This document shows positions 14,245 through 28,775 of a stretch of 64,000 bases of DNA, piece by piece. The translations under genes were made by a program, and so were the position numbers. The notes under the pieces were generated by a model. The model was given only the letters and a program-made list of their open reading frames with translations, searched no databases and was not told the origin of the DNA. Numbering within the stretch: position 1 is the first letter of the stretch; each line of letters begins with the position of its first letter. The DNA comes from Lama glama (taxonomy: Eukaryota), in the NCBI GenBank assembly GCA_028534125.1, contig CM052817.1, positions 35,962,001 through 36,026,000 on the forward strand. Direction: 5' to 3'.

Positions 14245-15245
14245 CAGTAGGTACCTCACTGTGGTTTTGTTGCACTTCCCTGATGACTAAAGACATTGGG
14301 TGTCTTTTCCTATGCTTATTGGCCATTTGAATATCTTTGGAAAAAATGTCTGTTCAGATCCTCTGCCCATTTTTAATTGAATTATTTGTCTTTGTTATTG
14401 AGTTTTAAGAGTGCTTTAAATATTTAGGATCAGGTTTAGGATTTTCATATATTTTTTCCTATTCTGTGAGTTACTTTTTCATTTTCTTGATTGTGTCCTT
14501 TCAAGCACAAAATTTTTAATTTTGATAAAATCCAGTATATTTTTTCTTTTGTCAGTTATTATGTTGGTGTTGTATCTAAGAAGGTTTTGCATAACCCATG
14601 AAGATTTTTTTAAAAAGAGCTTTATTATTTTAACTCTTACATTTAAGTCTCTGGAGTTAATTTTTGTGTGGTGTAAGGAAAGAGTCCAGCTCTGCTCCTT
14701 TGCGTGTGGATGCCCAATTGTTCTAGTACCGTTTGTTGAAAATACTATTTTTCCCCATTGAATTGTCTTAGCACTCCTGTCAAAAATCAGTTAACTGTAT
14801 TTTTAGGGTTTATTTCTGGACTCTCAGTTTCATTGCTTTGATCTATTGTATGTTTGTCCTTTTGGCATTACCATGCTGTCATGATTCCTGTGGCGTTTTA
14901 GTAAATTTTGAAATCAAAGTGTCCGTCTTTCAACTTTGCTCTTCTTTTTCAAGATGTCAGATCATCTTGTAAATTTCTGCAAAAAGAGCCAGTTGGTATT
15001 TTGACAGGAATTCTGTTGAATCTGTAGATCAATTTGAAGAGTACTGCCAGCTTAACAGTATTCAGTCTTCCAATCTATGAACATGGGATGTCTTTCTGTT
15101 TACTTACATCTTCTTTCATTTCTTTCAAAACTGTTTTATAATTTTCCAAGTACAAGTTTCATATTTCTTTTGTTAAATCTATTCTTAAATGTATATTCTT
15201 TTGGATGGCATTCTAAATCTGTTTTCTTAATTTTATTTTCAGATT
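14245..15245 (-). mobile_element. Old L1 ORF2 fragment amid further decayed L1 pieces (~13300-15380)
   Basis: cctatgcttattggccatttg, ccgtttgttgaaaatact, gttgaatctgtagatcaatttg, tcttccaatctatgaacatgggatgtct. Confidence 0.8.
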
Positions 15246-15526
15246 GTTCATGACTATTGCTAACATAGTTTTAATTTGCATTTATTTTATTATAAATGAA
15301 GTTGAGCATCTTTACTTATGTTTAAGGGCCATTTGTGTATCTTTCTCTCTATGTGTTTGTGTCTTTTGTTCATTTTCCTGTCAGGCCCTCAGGGTTGTTT
15401 TTTCCCCTCTAGTTGGGTATTTGTTTGTTTATGGTCTCTTTTTTCCCCTAGTATAAACACAGTTAAAACTCTAATTTCCTCTCTATCATTTTGTCATATC
15501 ACTTTGAATATTATTGTATCTTTTCT

Positions 15527-15940
15527 TGTCATAAGGCTGGATTGTTCAGGTTCTAAACCCTGAAGCTGAGGGTTCAAGCAGAGTTTTATTGGGCAGTGCT
15601 TTTTAGAACCACACCTGTAAGGAGTTGAGGGAAGTAGAATTAGGCAGAAGCTGAACTGCTATACAGTTGTAACAAAGGCCTCACTCAGTCCCTGGGTTAC
15701 TTAGAAGTCGGAATGGCCTGTGAGGGATATCCTAAATTGAGTCAAGGGGTTTGGTCCATTTACCTCATCTCCATCAGTCATTGGAGGGGAGCTGTGCCTG
15801 CATCATTCAGGGAGGTGGTGTAATCTTAGGGGAGGGACTCAGCTATGAGCCAGAAGTAGGCAACACTCTGAGCACCTGAGTAATGACTGCTTCTAGTGTG
15901 AAGGGGCATATGAGAGTAGCACCCCACAGAGGCCGCTACA
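15527..15940 (-). mobile_element. ERVL-class solo LTR (LTR16/LTR33-like)
   Basis: TG...CA termini; minus strand begins tgtagcggcctctgtggggtgc; AATAAA on minus near the 3' end (~15585-15590). Confidence 0.6.
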
Positions 15941-18639
15941 TTTGTATAATAATGTTTTTATAACATACTGTGGTACAGTAATATTTTTCTATGAAAAATT
16001 TGGCAAAATTTAGACTAAGTTATCTCTATATATAAAATATGATTTTTTAAAGAAACCACTAATATTGCCGTTTCTAAGACAAAGAAAGTGATAAAAGTAC
16101 AAGAATATTATTCTTAGAGATTAGCAAGAATTGCTTTCCCTAAGTTTTGATTATCATTAAAATGGGTACTGGATTTTCAGTGGCTTGGATAACATGGGAT
16201 AATAAAAGAAAGCTATTTTAGTCCATGTCTGCTATTTGGTAGGTTTGACCCTCTGCATTATTTATTTTTCTGTTAAGTTTTCTGTAAAATGGGACCTACA
16301 GAGTTTGCTCTGATGCTTAATTAAGCAAGACCATAAGAGAAGTCCTGGTGCATAGTAGACAGCTGGTTAAGCGGTGTTGGAATACACAGGCATTTAACTG
16401 AACACACTTACAGTTGTGTTAAGGGAAAGATCAGGCTTCGTACTTTTTGCTCATCATACCACTTACTGAAGTGAGTTCCTTAGAAACATGAAATGGGAAC
16501 CATGATTCTTCTTGCCTAAGTTATCTAGTTTTCACTTTCTTCTTAGATATATTATGATCATCTTACAGTGTTGAGCATGATTTTTAATATTTAAAGAAAA
16601 TGTTTTTCTTATCCAATAAAACTTCTAAATACAAATCAACTTCTTCATCTTAGTACTTGTATCAGACACGCATCTTATGACCTCAGATTGCCTTGGCACT
16701 GCCCACCTCCTAGGTAATCTGCCACCAGGGATTAACCTTTCACCTGCCTTGGGGAATGCTGGATCTTTCTCCTTGGCTGCTGCCTTGCAGCTGGGCCAAC
16801 CAGCCACCTGCCCAGAGCTTCCCCAATCACTTTTGGGCCATGGACTAGAATCTGAATTCCTGACGGGCTGCCAGAGGGGCCAGATAAGGTAACCTGGAAG
16901 CCCAGCACAGTTCTGTCCCTTTGAGTGAACCATAGCAATGGGAAACAGGAGCTAGGAGGAAACGAGGTAGAGCCCTTCTTTCACCCTCCCATAGAGAACC
17001 TAGGTTCCTCATAAACAGCAACTCCACTGTAAATGTTTTACTTCCCCAATATTATTATATGACTCCTTTGAATGTGATATTTCCTTTGAGAAAAGGTATT
17101 TGAAGCTGGGAATAATATTAGGAAGACCTAAACATTTGCATTTACTGTTAGAGTTAGTTTTTAAACAATTTGTTAACTAGACATTGGTGAAGAGACTAAA
17201 GACTCCCTAATGATTCTTTAGCTGAGGTTTTTTTTTTTTTGGTTGTTTTTTAGTATTCTCTATACTTTGCATTAAACCCATTGTATACACTTAGTTTCCA
17301 TCATTTAATAACATCAATACTATCAGAATTTAATCTCCAGTAATTAAAACAAATCTGCCAATTACTACTGATGAGTAAGCCATTTTGATCAAATTCTGTT
17401 TCATCTCTGCTTCCTTTGCCTGTGGTCTATAGATCTATAAATTAATCCTATCCCTTGAAATAAATGTTTCATTGTTAATAAGGCAATCAGTAATATTATA
17501 GATACTTCTGAAGCTTGAAGAGATAAATCAATTTTACATTTTGAATGATAAGGCCTGCCACCTGTGCTTCTTTCTGAGATGTTACATTTTTGCTTAGTGA
17601 CAGTATGAAAGCCATTTTAAAGCTGCTATTGGTGTCCTTCAAATCTTGCAGAAAAATAACACACTAAGTTAATGGTACCAAGTCACTAAGTCATAACCTG
17701 TGGTTCTGTGATGTATGTGTGTGTAATTAAGTGTTTGGACATCATCAGTTAATATTAGATGAGATCAGCTAAATTTGTAGTCATAAACAGGATGTGTAAC
17801 CAGATAAGCCTACAATGTTGCCATCATCTTATCTGCTAACTGCTGCTAAGCAGCTTTGTTTGGTTTGTAGCCCAAATGTTACTTTTGGAAAATTAGTCAT
17901 TTGGATTGAAAAATGTAGATGGTTGATCTTTTTAAAGATTAAGGCCGAGCCCTAGTCTCACATATTAATGTGTTTATAACCTGTGAGCATCTGTTTATAA
18001 AATGCAAGTTGTTCATTTAATTTTTAGCACACTTGTATATATTATCATCATCCTCTATAAACACGTCTTTGGTAATTAAAGAATGGGTGATTAGAAAGTT
18101 TGGTCTTTTTCTCTGCTGAAACCTGTATGAGCCCTTTCCTGTGGTTACTTCATTGCCTATACTCCTATGTTATCAATCCCCCATCACTTCTAATTACGGT
18201 AATTGACTTTCCAGTTGCTTTTTTTATTGTTTTCAAAATAGGTATAAAGTTTTTTTAATTATAAAAATAACATGTTAATTGTAAAATTTTTTATACCAAA
18301 AAACCACAAGTATAAGGATGAAAATGAGACTCATCCATAATTCTACAGCCAGATTCAGTCACTGTTCATACTTTGGTTTATGTACTTCCATGTTCTTTTC
18401 TCTGCATGCTCACATGTATATTTCTATTTGATTGAAGATGGGGTAGTAAAATAATACCACTTTATAACTTTTATTTAAAAACTTAATGTCATCTACCATG
18501 GCATTTTTCCCATGCTTATAAATATAATTCTGCATCTTCATTTCTAATGACTGCATAGTGTTCCGATCTTCTGATCAATATCCTTTACTTAAGCAATCCC
18601 TATAAATGGCATTCTACAATTTTTTTTGGTCAGTGGTAA

Positions 18640-18890
18640 TAGTAATAGATAATATTTATTGAGTGCTTACTAAGTTCCTGGCAATGTTCTAGGTGCTCTT
18701 CATCTATTTGCTTATTTTATCCTTAAAACCCTATGAGGCAAATACTATTATTATCTCTCCTTTACCCATGAAGAAACTGAAGCACGGAAGATTTAACTTG
18801 CTGAAGGTCACATGGCTTGGGAGAAGTTAGCATCAGGAGTCTGCATCCAGACAGCCTGGCTCCTCGGCTCCAAGCTCTTAGTCACCACTC
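18640..18890 (-). mobile_element. Near full-length MIR SINE
   Basis: atttattgagtgcttact...aaccctatgaggcaaatactattattatctc...gaagaaactgaagcacgg...aacttgctgaaggtcacatggc. Confidence 0.88.
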
Positions 18891-20670
18891 TGTAACTGTT
18901 TCCCTATAAACAGCATCACAGAGACTATTCTTGAACGTACATTTTTCACACTTCACTAATTATTTTCTTTGGCTGTACTTTTAGAAGTAGGCCTGCCTAG
19001 TCAAAGACTATTTGTATTATCAAATTTTTTGTTCATTGAAAGGTTGGACCAGTTCATACTGTAAGCAGCAATCTCTGAATGTGTCCTCTTTCCCACACTT
19101 TCTCCGGTACTGATGTTATTACTCTTTTTCATATTTGCCAATATAAGTGAATATTATTTCTTTCAAAAAATTTTGGTTTTTGTGAAATTTAACATATTTA
19201 AAAGCTTATTTTCCCATGTAGTTTATCTTTTGTAAATGACCTTTTTGCTTTTTCAGTTTTTCTAAACTGGTGGGAATTTTTTTTTTTTTTTGGTAATTGG
19301 TTTGAAAAACTTCCTTTTTGTAGTACAACTATTAATCTATTTTTATATATTAGAAATACTCCCTGCAGCTTGTAATTCAAATTTGAACCTCATAATTCTT
19401 TTCGCCACAAAGAAGTTTAAGATTTTTATTAATCCCACGTTTTAGTTTTTGTTATTTTGGGTTTCATGTTGTCCATAAAAGGCTTACCTCAAGGTTAGCA
19501 GAATATTTACTTACATTGTCTTCAATGTTTTTGCAGTTTCATATTTTTATATTTAAATCTTGAATATATGTGGATATTAGAAAAGACCTGATATGGGATT
19601 TACATTTTGTAGGATACTTGTAATTTTTTAAATATTACTGAATTCTTGTGAAATTTACTTGCAGTAAGGTACAATTTAAGAATGTAATTTTTCACTGAAA
19701 TAATTAGCCTGCTAACCAAACAACATCTAGAGAGTAATTCATGCTTTGCCAAGTGATTCAAAATGTCACTTTTATTATTTCTAGTTCAAAGTTTTAAGCA
19801 CCTTTGGCCTTCTCTGAGCTTTCTTCTGTGCTAATGAATCTGCTTCTCGGGTACTAGTGTCATGCCCTCTGTATTTTAACGTCATGAGTGATATTCTTCA
19901 CTTAATTCTTCTTTTTCAGGATTTTTCTGAATAACTATGAGCATATATTCTGAAAGAAGTTCAGAGTATTTTTCTAGATTTAAAAATTCCCGTTGAATTT
20001 CAGATTTAATCAGATTAGTTGAAATATTTAATGTTGAGTCATTCATTTAGTTCAGCTTTTACTTACATATTTTTTCTAAAATTGTAGAAGCTTGAAAAAA
20101 AAGTTGTAAAATATACAGTAAAAATCATGTACTAATCCTAGATAATACTCAGAAATACTAACTTTAAATGTTTTAGCTATTTTTTCTAGCTTTTTTCCAT
20201 GTGTATATTCCTTTATAAAATTTTATCAGTTTTATATTTTACATACCTTTTTAATCCTACTTTTTTTGTTACAAAACATTAAGTTATAAATGTTTCCCAT
20301 GTCATTTAAATAGTTTGTTTTTTATTTGCTCATAGCAAAGATCTTTTACACAGAAGATGACAGACTTGTATATATTGGATTCTGTGTGTATACAAAAAGT
20401 ATATTCTTCAGTCGTCTTTTTTCATGGTGAATCTCTAAGCATAATTGGTACTCTTATACTTTTATGGATAAAAAGCTGAAGTGTACAAGGTGTCAATTTT
20501 TAGGATTACAGAGCTAAAATAGAACTGATAGCATTTATTTTGGTCTTTTCCAATTGAAACTCTGAACGAGGCAAGAGAATAATCAATTGATTTTCAGAAA
20601 GGAAAAAAATCAGCATTGGCGCAGAGAGATCTGTACATTGTCATTGTCCCTTGATCACATGAATAGAAAT

Positions 20671-20743
20671 ATAGGTTGAACCATATAAAACTGCCAGTTT
20701 TCTAGTTCAAAATGGCCAAATATTGCAATTGCATGTACTCTAA
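20671..20743. mobile_element. MADE2-like mariner MITE
   Basis: Left TIR taggttgaaccatataaaactgcc, decayed right TIR gcaattgcatgtactctaa, ~75 bp. Confidence 0.55.
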
Positions 20744-23700
20744 TATTAAGCTCAAGTTTATTACTATTCCTATTGTCAGCTGAAAACATGAGTTTGAATC
20801 ACATAGGAAAACAGATATACATATTGAAAGTGATACTACAAATTCTACACTAAATGTTCACTTATTTTTTTCCGGGACTCATGATGGTTCATAATTTTAT
20901 ATGACCCATACATAGTGTTCCTCTCGATATTTTGTGTGAAAGTAAAGTTTATAACTCTGGTTAGTGGTAATAATGATGTGGTAAGCCTTGATATTTTTTT
21001 AAAACAAAAATAATTAGACCTTGGTCTCACTCAAGAGATGGTAATAGACTAACTTGAGACCTGCAAGTGGTTGCAAAAATAGAAATAGATTGCTTATTTG
21101 TAATATTTGAGGTAAGCAACTGATAGTATTGAAAAATGTTCAGGATAATATACATTTTTTTCTTATGTGAAGTAAGGATTTACTTTTACATTGCAAGGGG
21201 CAGAGATTTTTTTTCTGTAGTACTCTTAGGTAAGTACATTTTAGGTCAGTGCTGATGTGAGAAAGGATGAAGGAGATGGTTTGCAGGGTTTTTTACCCCA
21301 TCAGTGTGATGCAATGTTTTTAAAATGTGTGACCCCTTCTCTGGACTATACTTCTTTGGAGAATAACCAGGCTTAGGAGTTGAACATTACTGATTGTGGC
21401 CAGAGTAAAAAATTTCTCATCCTTTTAGAAACAATCCCTTGAGTCCTTCGCTCTCTGTGGGAATGCAATGATTAAGCAGTAACATCTGCCTGACAGTTAA
21501 TGATCAGCTGGGAAAATATATGGTCCAGGGTAAATCCATGGTCCTTAAAGTCAGCTGGTTATTTATTGAAGAGAAATGTCCAGCCAGAAGGAATCAACGC
21601 TACTCTGCTAAATACTGCTTTAAAAAATGAAATAGCATGTTTCCCTTCAAACATACTTTCAAAGGACTTCTACATTCATGACCTTGTTTATTCCTTATCT
21701 GGGTCTTAAGAAGAGAGAAGGCCAGTTGATTTTGTTTCACAAGAGTTAATGAGGCTCCATTGGGTGGTTGGTGGCTAGGTGTCAATGATTGGCTTCAAGT
21801 TATGCAACTTGTAGGCAGGAAGACAAAGAAAAGGATGTCTTCCCACTCCTGGCCTGCTGTGTTTTCCACTACATCACATGTTGTCTCAGCTATAGATGCT
21901 GTTAGTAACTGCACTGTATTTCATCTCACCAGTCATGGGTTATTTGTGAGATTTTTTTAATAATCTTCATTGAATCGTTTGCCTTGATGTGATCCATATG
22001 TGTATAGTCAGTCAGTTTTTAAATGTAACTTTAAAATTGAAGAAAGCATTTAAAATAAATATTCTTTCTTTTGAGGAAGAAAAAGCAAATGCAAAATCTG
22101 GTAATTTTGCTTTCTCATTTTTCATACCTCTAAAAGAAAATTCAAGTGAAAGCAAAATCAGTTGACTAACGCAATGGCTGCTGTCTGTAAGACTTCAGGT
22201 GAAAGCTAGTGCCATGTGTCTTGTTCATGTGTAATCTTGAGAATGACTTTTCAACTTTTGGCATCAAGATCCAGTAATGACAAGAGGTAAATTTAGGTAT
22301 ACATGAAAAAATATATAAATATATATATTGAGGCATGTTTCCTAGCTGTTGACAAAATCCAGTGACAGATTTATATTCTCAGCATTGTATGTGGGCAGAT
22401 GTACATACACTCAGGTAATAATCTTCAGAGTTAGTCTCTTATACACCGTCCTATCTGCCTTCCACATAGGTGGTTTCTTTTATTTTCTTCTAGTCTTGAA
22501 GGAGTAGAATTTACTAACCGACATTGTGACTTTAAGAAACTAGATGGTATATGAGTTTCTTTTCAGCATTAAGATTTTGTTGTGAAATTTTAGTTTTCTG
22601 TAGTTTTTATTTTATTTTTTAAGTACGTACTATGTGCCAGAAGAGAGGTGTGCCAGCTATTGGCCAGACAACATGGTCCGTACCCTCAGGGAGCTCATAC
22701 TCTCTGGGGGAAGAAGGAGACTCCTTAAGTAATTACTGAATTATAGTTGTGGTACATGTTGCAGTGGGGTTTATAATAGAGATGCTGATCATGTGAATAT
22801 ATTAGTGTGTATGCCAGAGAAATGGCTTGTGATTCATTCACACTTAGCTGACTCAGAGTCCACCTCCCTTTTAATGAATGTACTTGGCATCCCACAAGTT
22901 CACTTCATCTCTTCTTTGGCTGATTTTGATAACTTATTAACTAGTTTTCCTTTTTTGCTCTCACCCATTTCAGTCCAAATCCACACTGTTCCTAGATTGC
23001 CTATTTAAAATATAAATGAGATCATCTCTCACTTCCTTCCAAGACTTTTAATCAAGGATCTTTCTCTTCTCCATCATGACATTCAGAGTCTTTTATTGAC
23101 TTGGTCCATAATTTCCTGTGTAGCCTCACTTCTTTTACTACTTCCCAAGAGCTATCCATAAGGTACAGAGAGATAGACAACTGTAATTAGATGAGAGGAA
23201 TGTCTGGATGAGCTAGAGTTTAGGAGTCAATTCTTTCCAGTTTATTGCATGAAGACAAAATGAACGAACTCTCCAAGAATGGTAGCATCCTGGGAAATGT
23301 CTATAGATAAGTAATGAGAAGAACCAATTGGAGAGATCAGAGGAATATAAGCTAGTGTAGCATCACCAAAGCCAAAGAAAATGGAATTTGAAGGAAGAGT
23401 GAACTGCAGAGAGGGATGAAGGAGAAGAGAACCAAGAAAAGTCTCCTGGATTTGGGGATATAGAGATTATTTGAATCATTAATTGCAGACACATAATGAC
23501 ACTTTATACTGTTTCCAAAAGAACAATCTTCTGAATAACACTTATTAAGAGAATATTATGAGAAACATAATGTTACATGGGAAAAATTAACTCTACCTCT
23601 GGGATTAGGAGAAAATGCTCTGTTTCTAGAATGAGTATTCACTTTAAGATATATTAATATAAATTGTGGCTGACTCAATTTTTAAACTTGAAGTTCTCAA

Positions 23701-26006
23701 CTTTTTACCATCACATACAGTCTTTGTTAAATTTGTCATGCCTCTAAATTTTCTGTTGGAGAACTAAAGGGAGAAAATGCAAGTAGGTTTGTTTTCTGGT
23801 TTATGCTCTCAAAGTAGAATGTAAATGATGGAGAACTTAATTTTTGGTGAATTCTTTAGAATCTGTGATTGAAGAACATGTTAGATATATATATATACAC
23901 ATACATACACACACAGAGTTGATTGGAATATTTTTGTGTTAGAGTGGGCTCAGGAAGAAAGCTAAATCACTTTGGTTTTTAAAGATTAAACTATTACAAT
24001 TAGAAATAATAGAAACTCCATAATTAAAGACTAATAGACTATTTAAAGGCAGACTGGCCATATGATATCTCGTTCTCCTTGATGTGGCTAACAAGCAAAA
24101 ATTTGTCCCCCTAATGAACCTAGAGAATTCCCTTGATGGGTCGTGGGAATTATTTTGTGATAAATCAAGATATAATAAGACATGTCACATGTTTTGTATA
24201 ATTTTATATAAAAAGGCAATATAGCCAGACTTCCTGGGTTTAAACTTGACTTCATTATTTTCTAAGAGTAGAATTTTGGACATGTTATTTAACCTCTCAT
24301 TTCTTCACTTACAGAGCAGGGATAATAATATTAGCTATCTTATATAGTGGTTGTCAGTAGATGTGAGTATATATGTATGGATGTATATATATAAATATAT
24401 ATTAGTACAGACCTTTAAATAGTATCTACGAAGCTTAGAATAGCTCCTGGAACTTACTAATATCATATGTACTGACAGTTGAGTGATTTTCTAGAAAAGC
24501 AGATTCTCTTCAGTTTGTAAATTTCCCCATCACAAGGCTTCAAGTCAGTTGAGAGTGTAGTAACAGCAAATTTGTCCTTGAAAGAGGAAACAAGTATATA
24601 TCTTAGAATAGAGATGTCTAGGGACATGTAAAAGGTTAGGCACTGTTATTCCCTAGATACAATTATGATATTCATTTCTTATGATTTTTTTATATAAACC
24701 AATATAATTTCCATGTGCATGGATTAATTTAGGGAATTAATCTTGCTTGTGGGTGTGCTTTTAAACCTACACGGCAGATAGTCCTTGCATTTACTTCAGT
24801 ATATTGCTTTTCTAGACCTTTTTTTGTTTTCAATTTTCCAAAGACTTTTCCTAGGCCTTTTAAACTCTCTTCTATTGACAGCCCCGCACCATATCACATC
24901 ACACATGTTGAAATATAACCACAACCTGTACCATTATAATTTATTTTAAAAATTGATTTTTGTTGAGCTGTAATTGAATAACTAATATATTTTGTTTGGG
25001 TGTTTTGCTCTGTTTTGTTTTGTTTGGATTTTGTAATCGTGACATCACAAACATTTTTGTTGTTTCCTGAAATCTCATCAGCCCTAGGCTACTTATTTTT
25101 ATCCATTTAATGGAAACAATGGCCCTGTTTCAAATTTTATAAGAAACCAAGACGGCTCAGTTAAATCATAGTTCATGTTCAGCTCTGCCCTGACTTCACC
25201 CTTCTGTATGCTGTGTAGTCGGTCGGGTTCTCGACATTCGAGTTCTCGCTCTATAAAAACAGTGCCGAAAGAAAGTAAAGGCAGCAATAGTGCTTTCCTT
25301 ATTAGGAGAGTTCACATGCACCCTGAGACATGGCAGGGTGGGGGGCAGATTAAATTAGAGAAATATACTGATAATCTTGGAGACGTGAGGCTTGGTCTGC
25401 AAGGTTTAGCTTGAGTTTTGCTTAACTGTACAATCTGGATGATGGGAACATCAGGCCGACTGGACGTTTAAAGACTAACATTTAAGTTAGGTGAAGTAAT
25501 ATTAAAATAGAGGAACAAAGAGTTACTATTTTTGCAACATAGCAACTTTTCTCTTTTGAAAATGACTTCAAAGAAGAGTAAAATGCTAGTCAGTCTCTTA
25601 GCCATTTTAGTCATTCAGTCATTTATGTTATCAGTTTCCCTCCAAAACATAAACCTGCACATAAAATGGGCAGTTTATCTGTATTCATGGGGTTTAGTTT
25701 CTTAAGTCACTCCCTTAATTAACCATAAAATATGGCTTTGATCATCAAAATTTGATTGCAGATACACTATCAAAAGTCCCTTAAATTTGGAAGCAACATA
25801 GTAAGATTAACAAATGGAGAACTGCTTGTTAGGAACACTACATTCAAGTCCTTGCTTTCCCACTGCATGGCTAATTTCTTTAGGCAATTCACTATATGTC
25901 TTTATCAGCTCTCCTTGGATATAAAAAAGGATGTTGCAATATATTATTTCCAAGGTGTCTTATAGCGCCAGAATTCTAGTCATTATAAAAAAACTTTTCT
26001 TAATCC

Positions 26007-26375
26007 TCATTCATTCACCAAACATTTGTTGAATGCCTGCTCTGAGATATGCACTGTTTTATGGCTGAGGAGAGGGTGATAGAATAGCAAGGGACTTGGA
26101 TGACTGCTTTGGATTGGAAAGTCAGAGATGGCCATTCTGTAGAGGTGACATTTACATGGAGATCTAAAGTATGAGAAGTCAGCCCAGTGAAGAAAAGAAT
26201 CGTGAGCAGTTAGAAAGTACTTCAAAGCCTAAACTCCAGTACCAGACTGGCTGGATTCAGGTGTAAGCTCTGCCGTTTACTAATTGTAGGCCCTCATACA
26301 GTTTCCTTAACTTTTCTGAGTCTCGGTTTCCCCATCTGTAAAATGGGCTTAATTATTAGTATTTACCTTATAGGA
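26007..26375. mobile_element. L2 3' end (minus, ~26007-26225) followed by MIR (plus, ~26235-26375)
   Basis: cattcattcaccaaacatttgttgaatgcctgct; ctgagtctcggtttccccatctgtaaaatggg. Confidence 0.75.
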
Positions 26376-28369
26376 ATAGGAGGCTTCATCTGCTTAGAAT
26401 GCAGATTTTGTCTTGTCACTTCTTTTAGTCAAAGCCTGATACTGCCTAAGAAAAAATACAACTCTGGTGGGTAAGGCTTTCCTCCATCAGCTTGGCTTCT
26501 ACCAGTATGTGTCCCTCTGTTCTTGACTTGAAACCTCAGCTCAGTGTAAACTGTCCTGTTACGTTCCTACTTACATATATTATTTACACCTTCCTTTCAA
26601 TCAGGGGCCCTCTTATTTTCCCATCCCAACCTTCTACCTGAACCTTCCCGTGAGTTTACCAGGTAGCCAAGTTGTTACCCAGCTTCATCCAGGAAGTGTC
26701 TCCTAGCCACGCCTACCCACAAGCTCTCCATCTTGTGTCAGAAAGCAATCTGAAGCCTGAAATTAAGCCTGGGGTGGAGACCCATCTTTAACTTAAAAAC
26801 CATGCCATCTGGGTAAGTCATACAACTTTTCTAACCTGCAGTTTCCTGTACTCAACATAGAAATGTTGAAAATTATCACAGAGACTTGTCATAAGGATAA
26901 AATCTAATGAGCTAATGTGGAAAAATGATGGGTCTTTAAATGTTACTCCTGTCACTAATAACTGAGAACATTCAATTATGTGACCTCCTTGGAACATCTT
27001 TTATATTGATGACATTATTATTTGACTTCTTCACAAATATTTCATGTCCTCTTAGTTAAAATGTATGCTTCTTTGATGGAGGAGGCTTGGTTGTACTTTT
27101 TTATGTATCCCTGAAGCCTCTAACAGTGTTACAGTGATTTCTGTTGAATAGTGACCAGAAGATGCAGAGGTGAAATAAATGCCACTTGATTTCTTTGAAA
27201 ATATTAAGGCAGTTATTTAGCTCTGATATCTTGGAACTTAAATACCCATTGTTCTGGGTAAGGTGAGAAGGGCAGGAACATGAAGCAAGAAATATGAAAA
27301 AAAGGAAATTAGGAAAAGATGGGGACAAGATAAAAATCTCCAAAATACTTTTGCGAATTAAGTCAGTGATTCACCTGCTATTAAGGAAGAACAGTGTATT
27401 TCCTTTCACACATGTCGGGCAGAAAAGATTGAGAACAACTGCCAAGTATTGTAAACTCACAACAAAATGTCTCATTGTGGGATAAGTAATTACTGTGTCC
27501 TCACTTCATCACAGCTTGATTCCAGGTCAGGGCCAAGAGGAAATGTGAAAGCATCAATTTTACATTGCTACTGATCCTAGTATTTTTATACTTATTATAT
27601 GGTTGCCTGCTCCCTACTTCCCAATTGTTCAGAGCAGAAGTGGTGTGAAGTTGAAACGTTGGAAAGGTGTGTCCTGTATGTGTGTTGAATCAGAGATAAT
27701 GGAGATAGTTCTTATTATCCGCCCTTCTTGGCCATTGGACCCAGACAGCCTCCCACCTTGGATCAACAAACCTTTAGTCAAGAAGTACAGGCATAATGGC
27801 AGGTCCTTTGTGGAAAGGAATAAACAGGAAGAGTCGGCATGTAGTGGACTTAATTGTGGTGTGCAAACACTTCCACCACCACAGACTCTGTCACTCAGCC
27901 AGCCCCTTCCATGTGGCACATAAACTGATAACAACCGAGTACCAACTGACAGTCTCCAAAAGAGTGTTCCTCCCCACCCCACCATCACGCACCTCATGCC
28001 CATGGTGGGAATAACTGACTGGTGACTGAGGTTTGGTTTCCTTTTCCTAAAATGACATTGGCACAATGCTTGTCCCACTGGTTTTTCTTTCCCACTTTAC
28101 AAGTCAGATGGAAATGTCTCGTTTCTGTAATGCACAGAGACAAGACATACCAAGTAGGCATTGTCTCGCAGAGGTCTTGCGCTGTTAATTATTGATCCCT
28201 GACAGTCTAGAATAATTAAAATGTTGAACATAGAATTTAGTAATAAAAGCCCTAATAAAGGAATTTGGTACATCCTGTCTAAGCTGGAGATGGTTGTATA
28301 TGAAATACTGGTGGTGCTGGAGAAAGTGACCATAAGAAATCACTTAAGAGTAGATTTTAGAAGAGAATG

Positions 28370-28775
28370 AGATTATTCAGTGAGTTTTATTGGGCACATC
28401 CTCTGTCATGGGTACCATACTGTGCATCAGATACACAGTGGATGAACCAGAGAGACATGCTACCTACCCAGAGGGAGCTTATGTTTTTGTGGAAGGAGAC
28501 AAACAAAAACACTATACAAATAACAATAATTACAGTAACAATCACAGGTAAGGCAGTGTTTATTAGATGTTAAGAACTGTTCTAACTAAATTAAATGTAT
28601 CCATTTAATCCTAACAACCCCATAAATTAGATAATGTTATCCCAAATTTACAAATGAAGAAATAGACACATTCAGGTTAAGTAACTTACACAGTATCCTG
28701 CAGCTAGTGATACAAAGAGCCAAGATTTAAACCTGAATACAAGGCTCAGAGTCTGAATTCTCAACTTCTACATTA
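28370..28775 (-). mobile_element. L2 fragment followed by MIR
   Basis: agatacacagtggatgaaccagagagacatgct; tttaatcctaacaaccccat...tttacaaatgaagaaatagac...ggttaagtaacttac. Confidence 0.7.

Noticed and set aside
27629..28078. 149-aa minus-strand ORF
   Set aside because: No recognisable domain or gene structure; consistent with a chance ORF in less AT-rich sequence.
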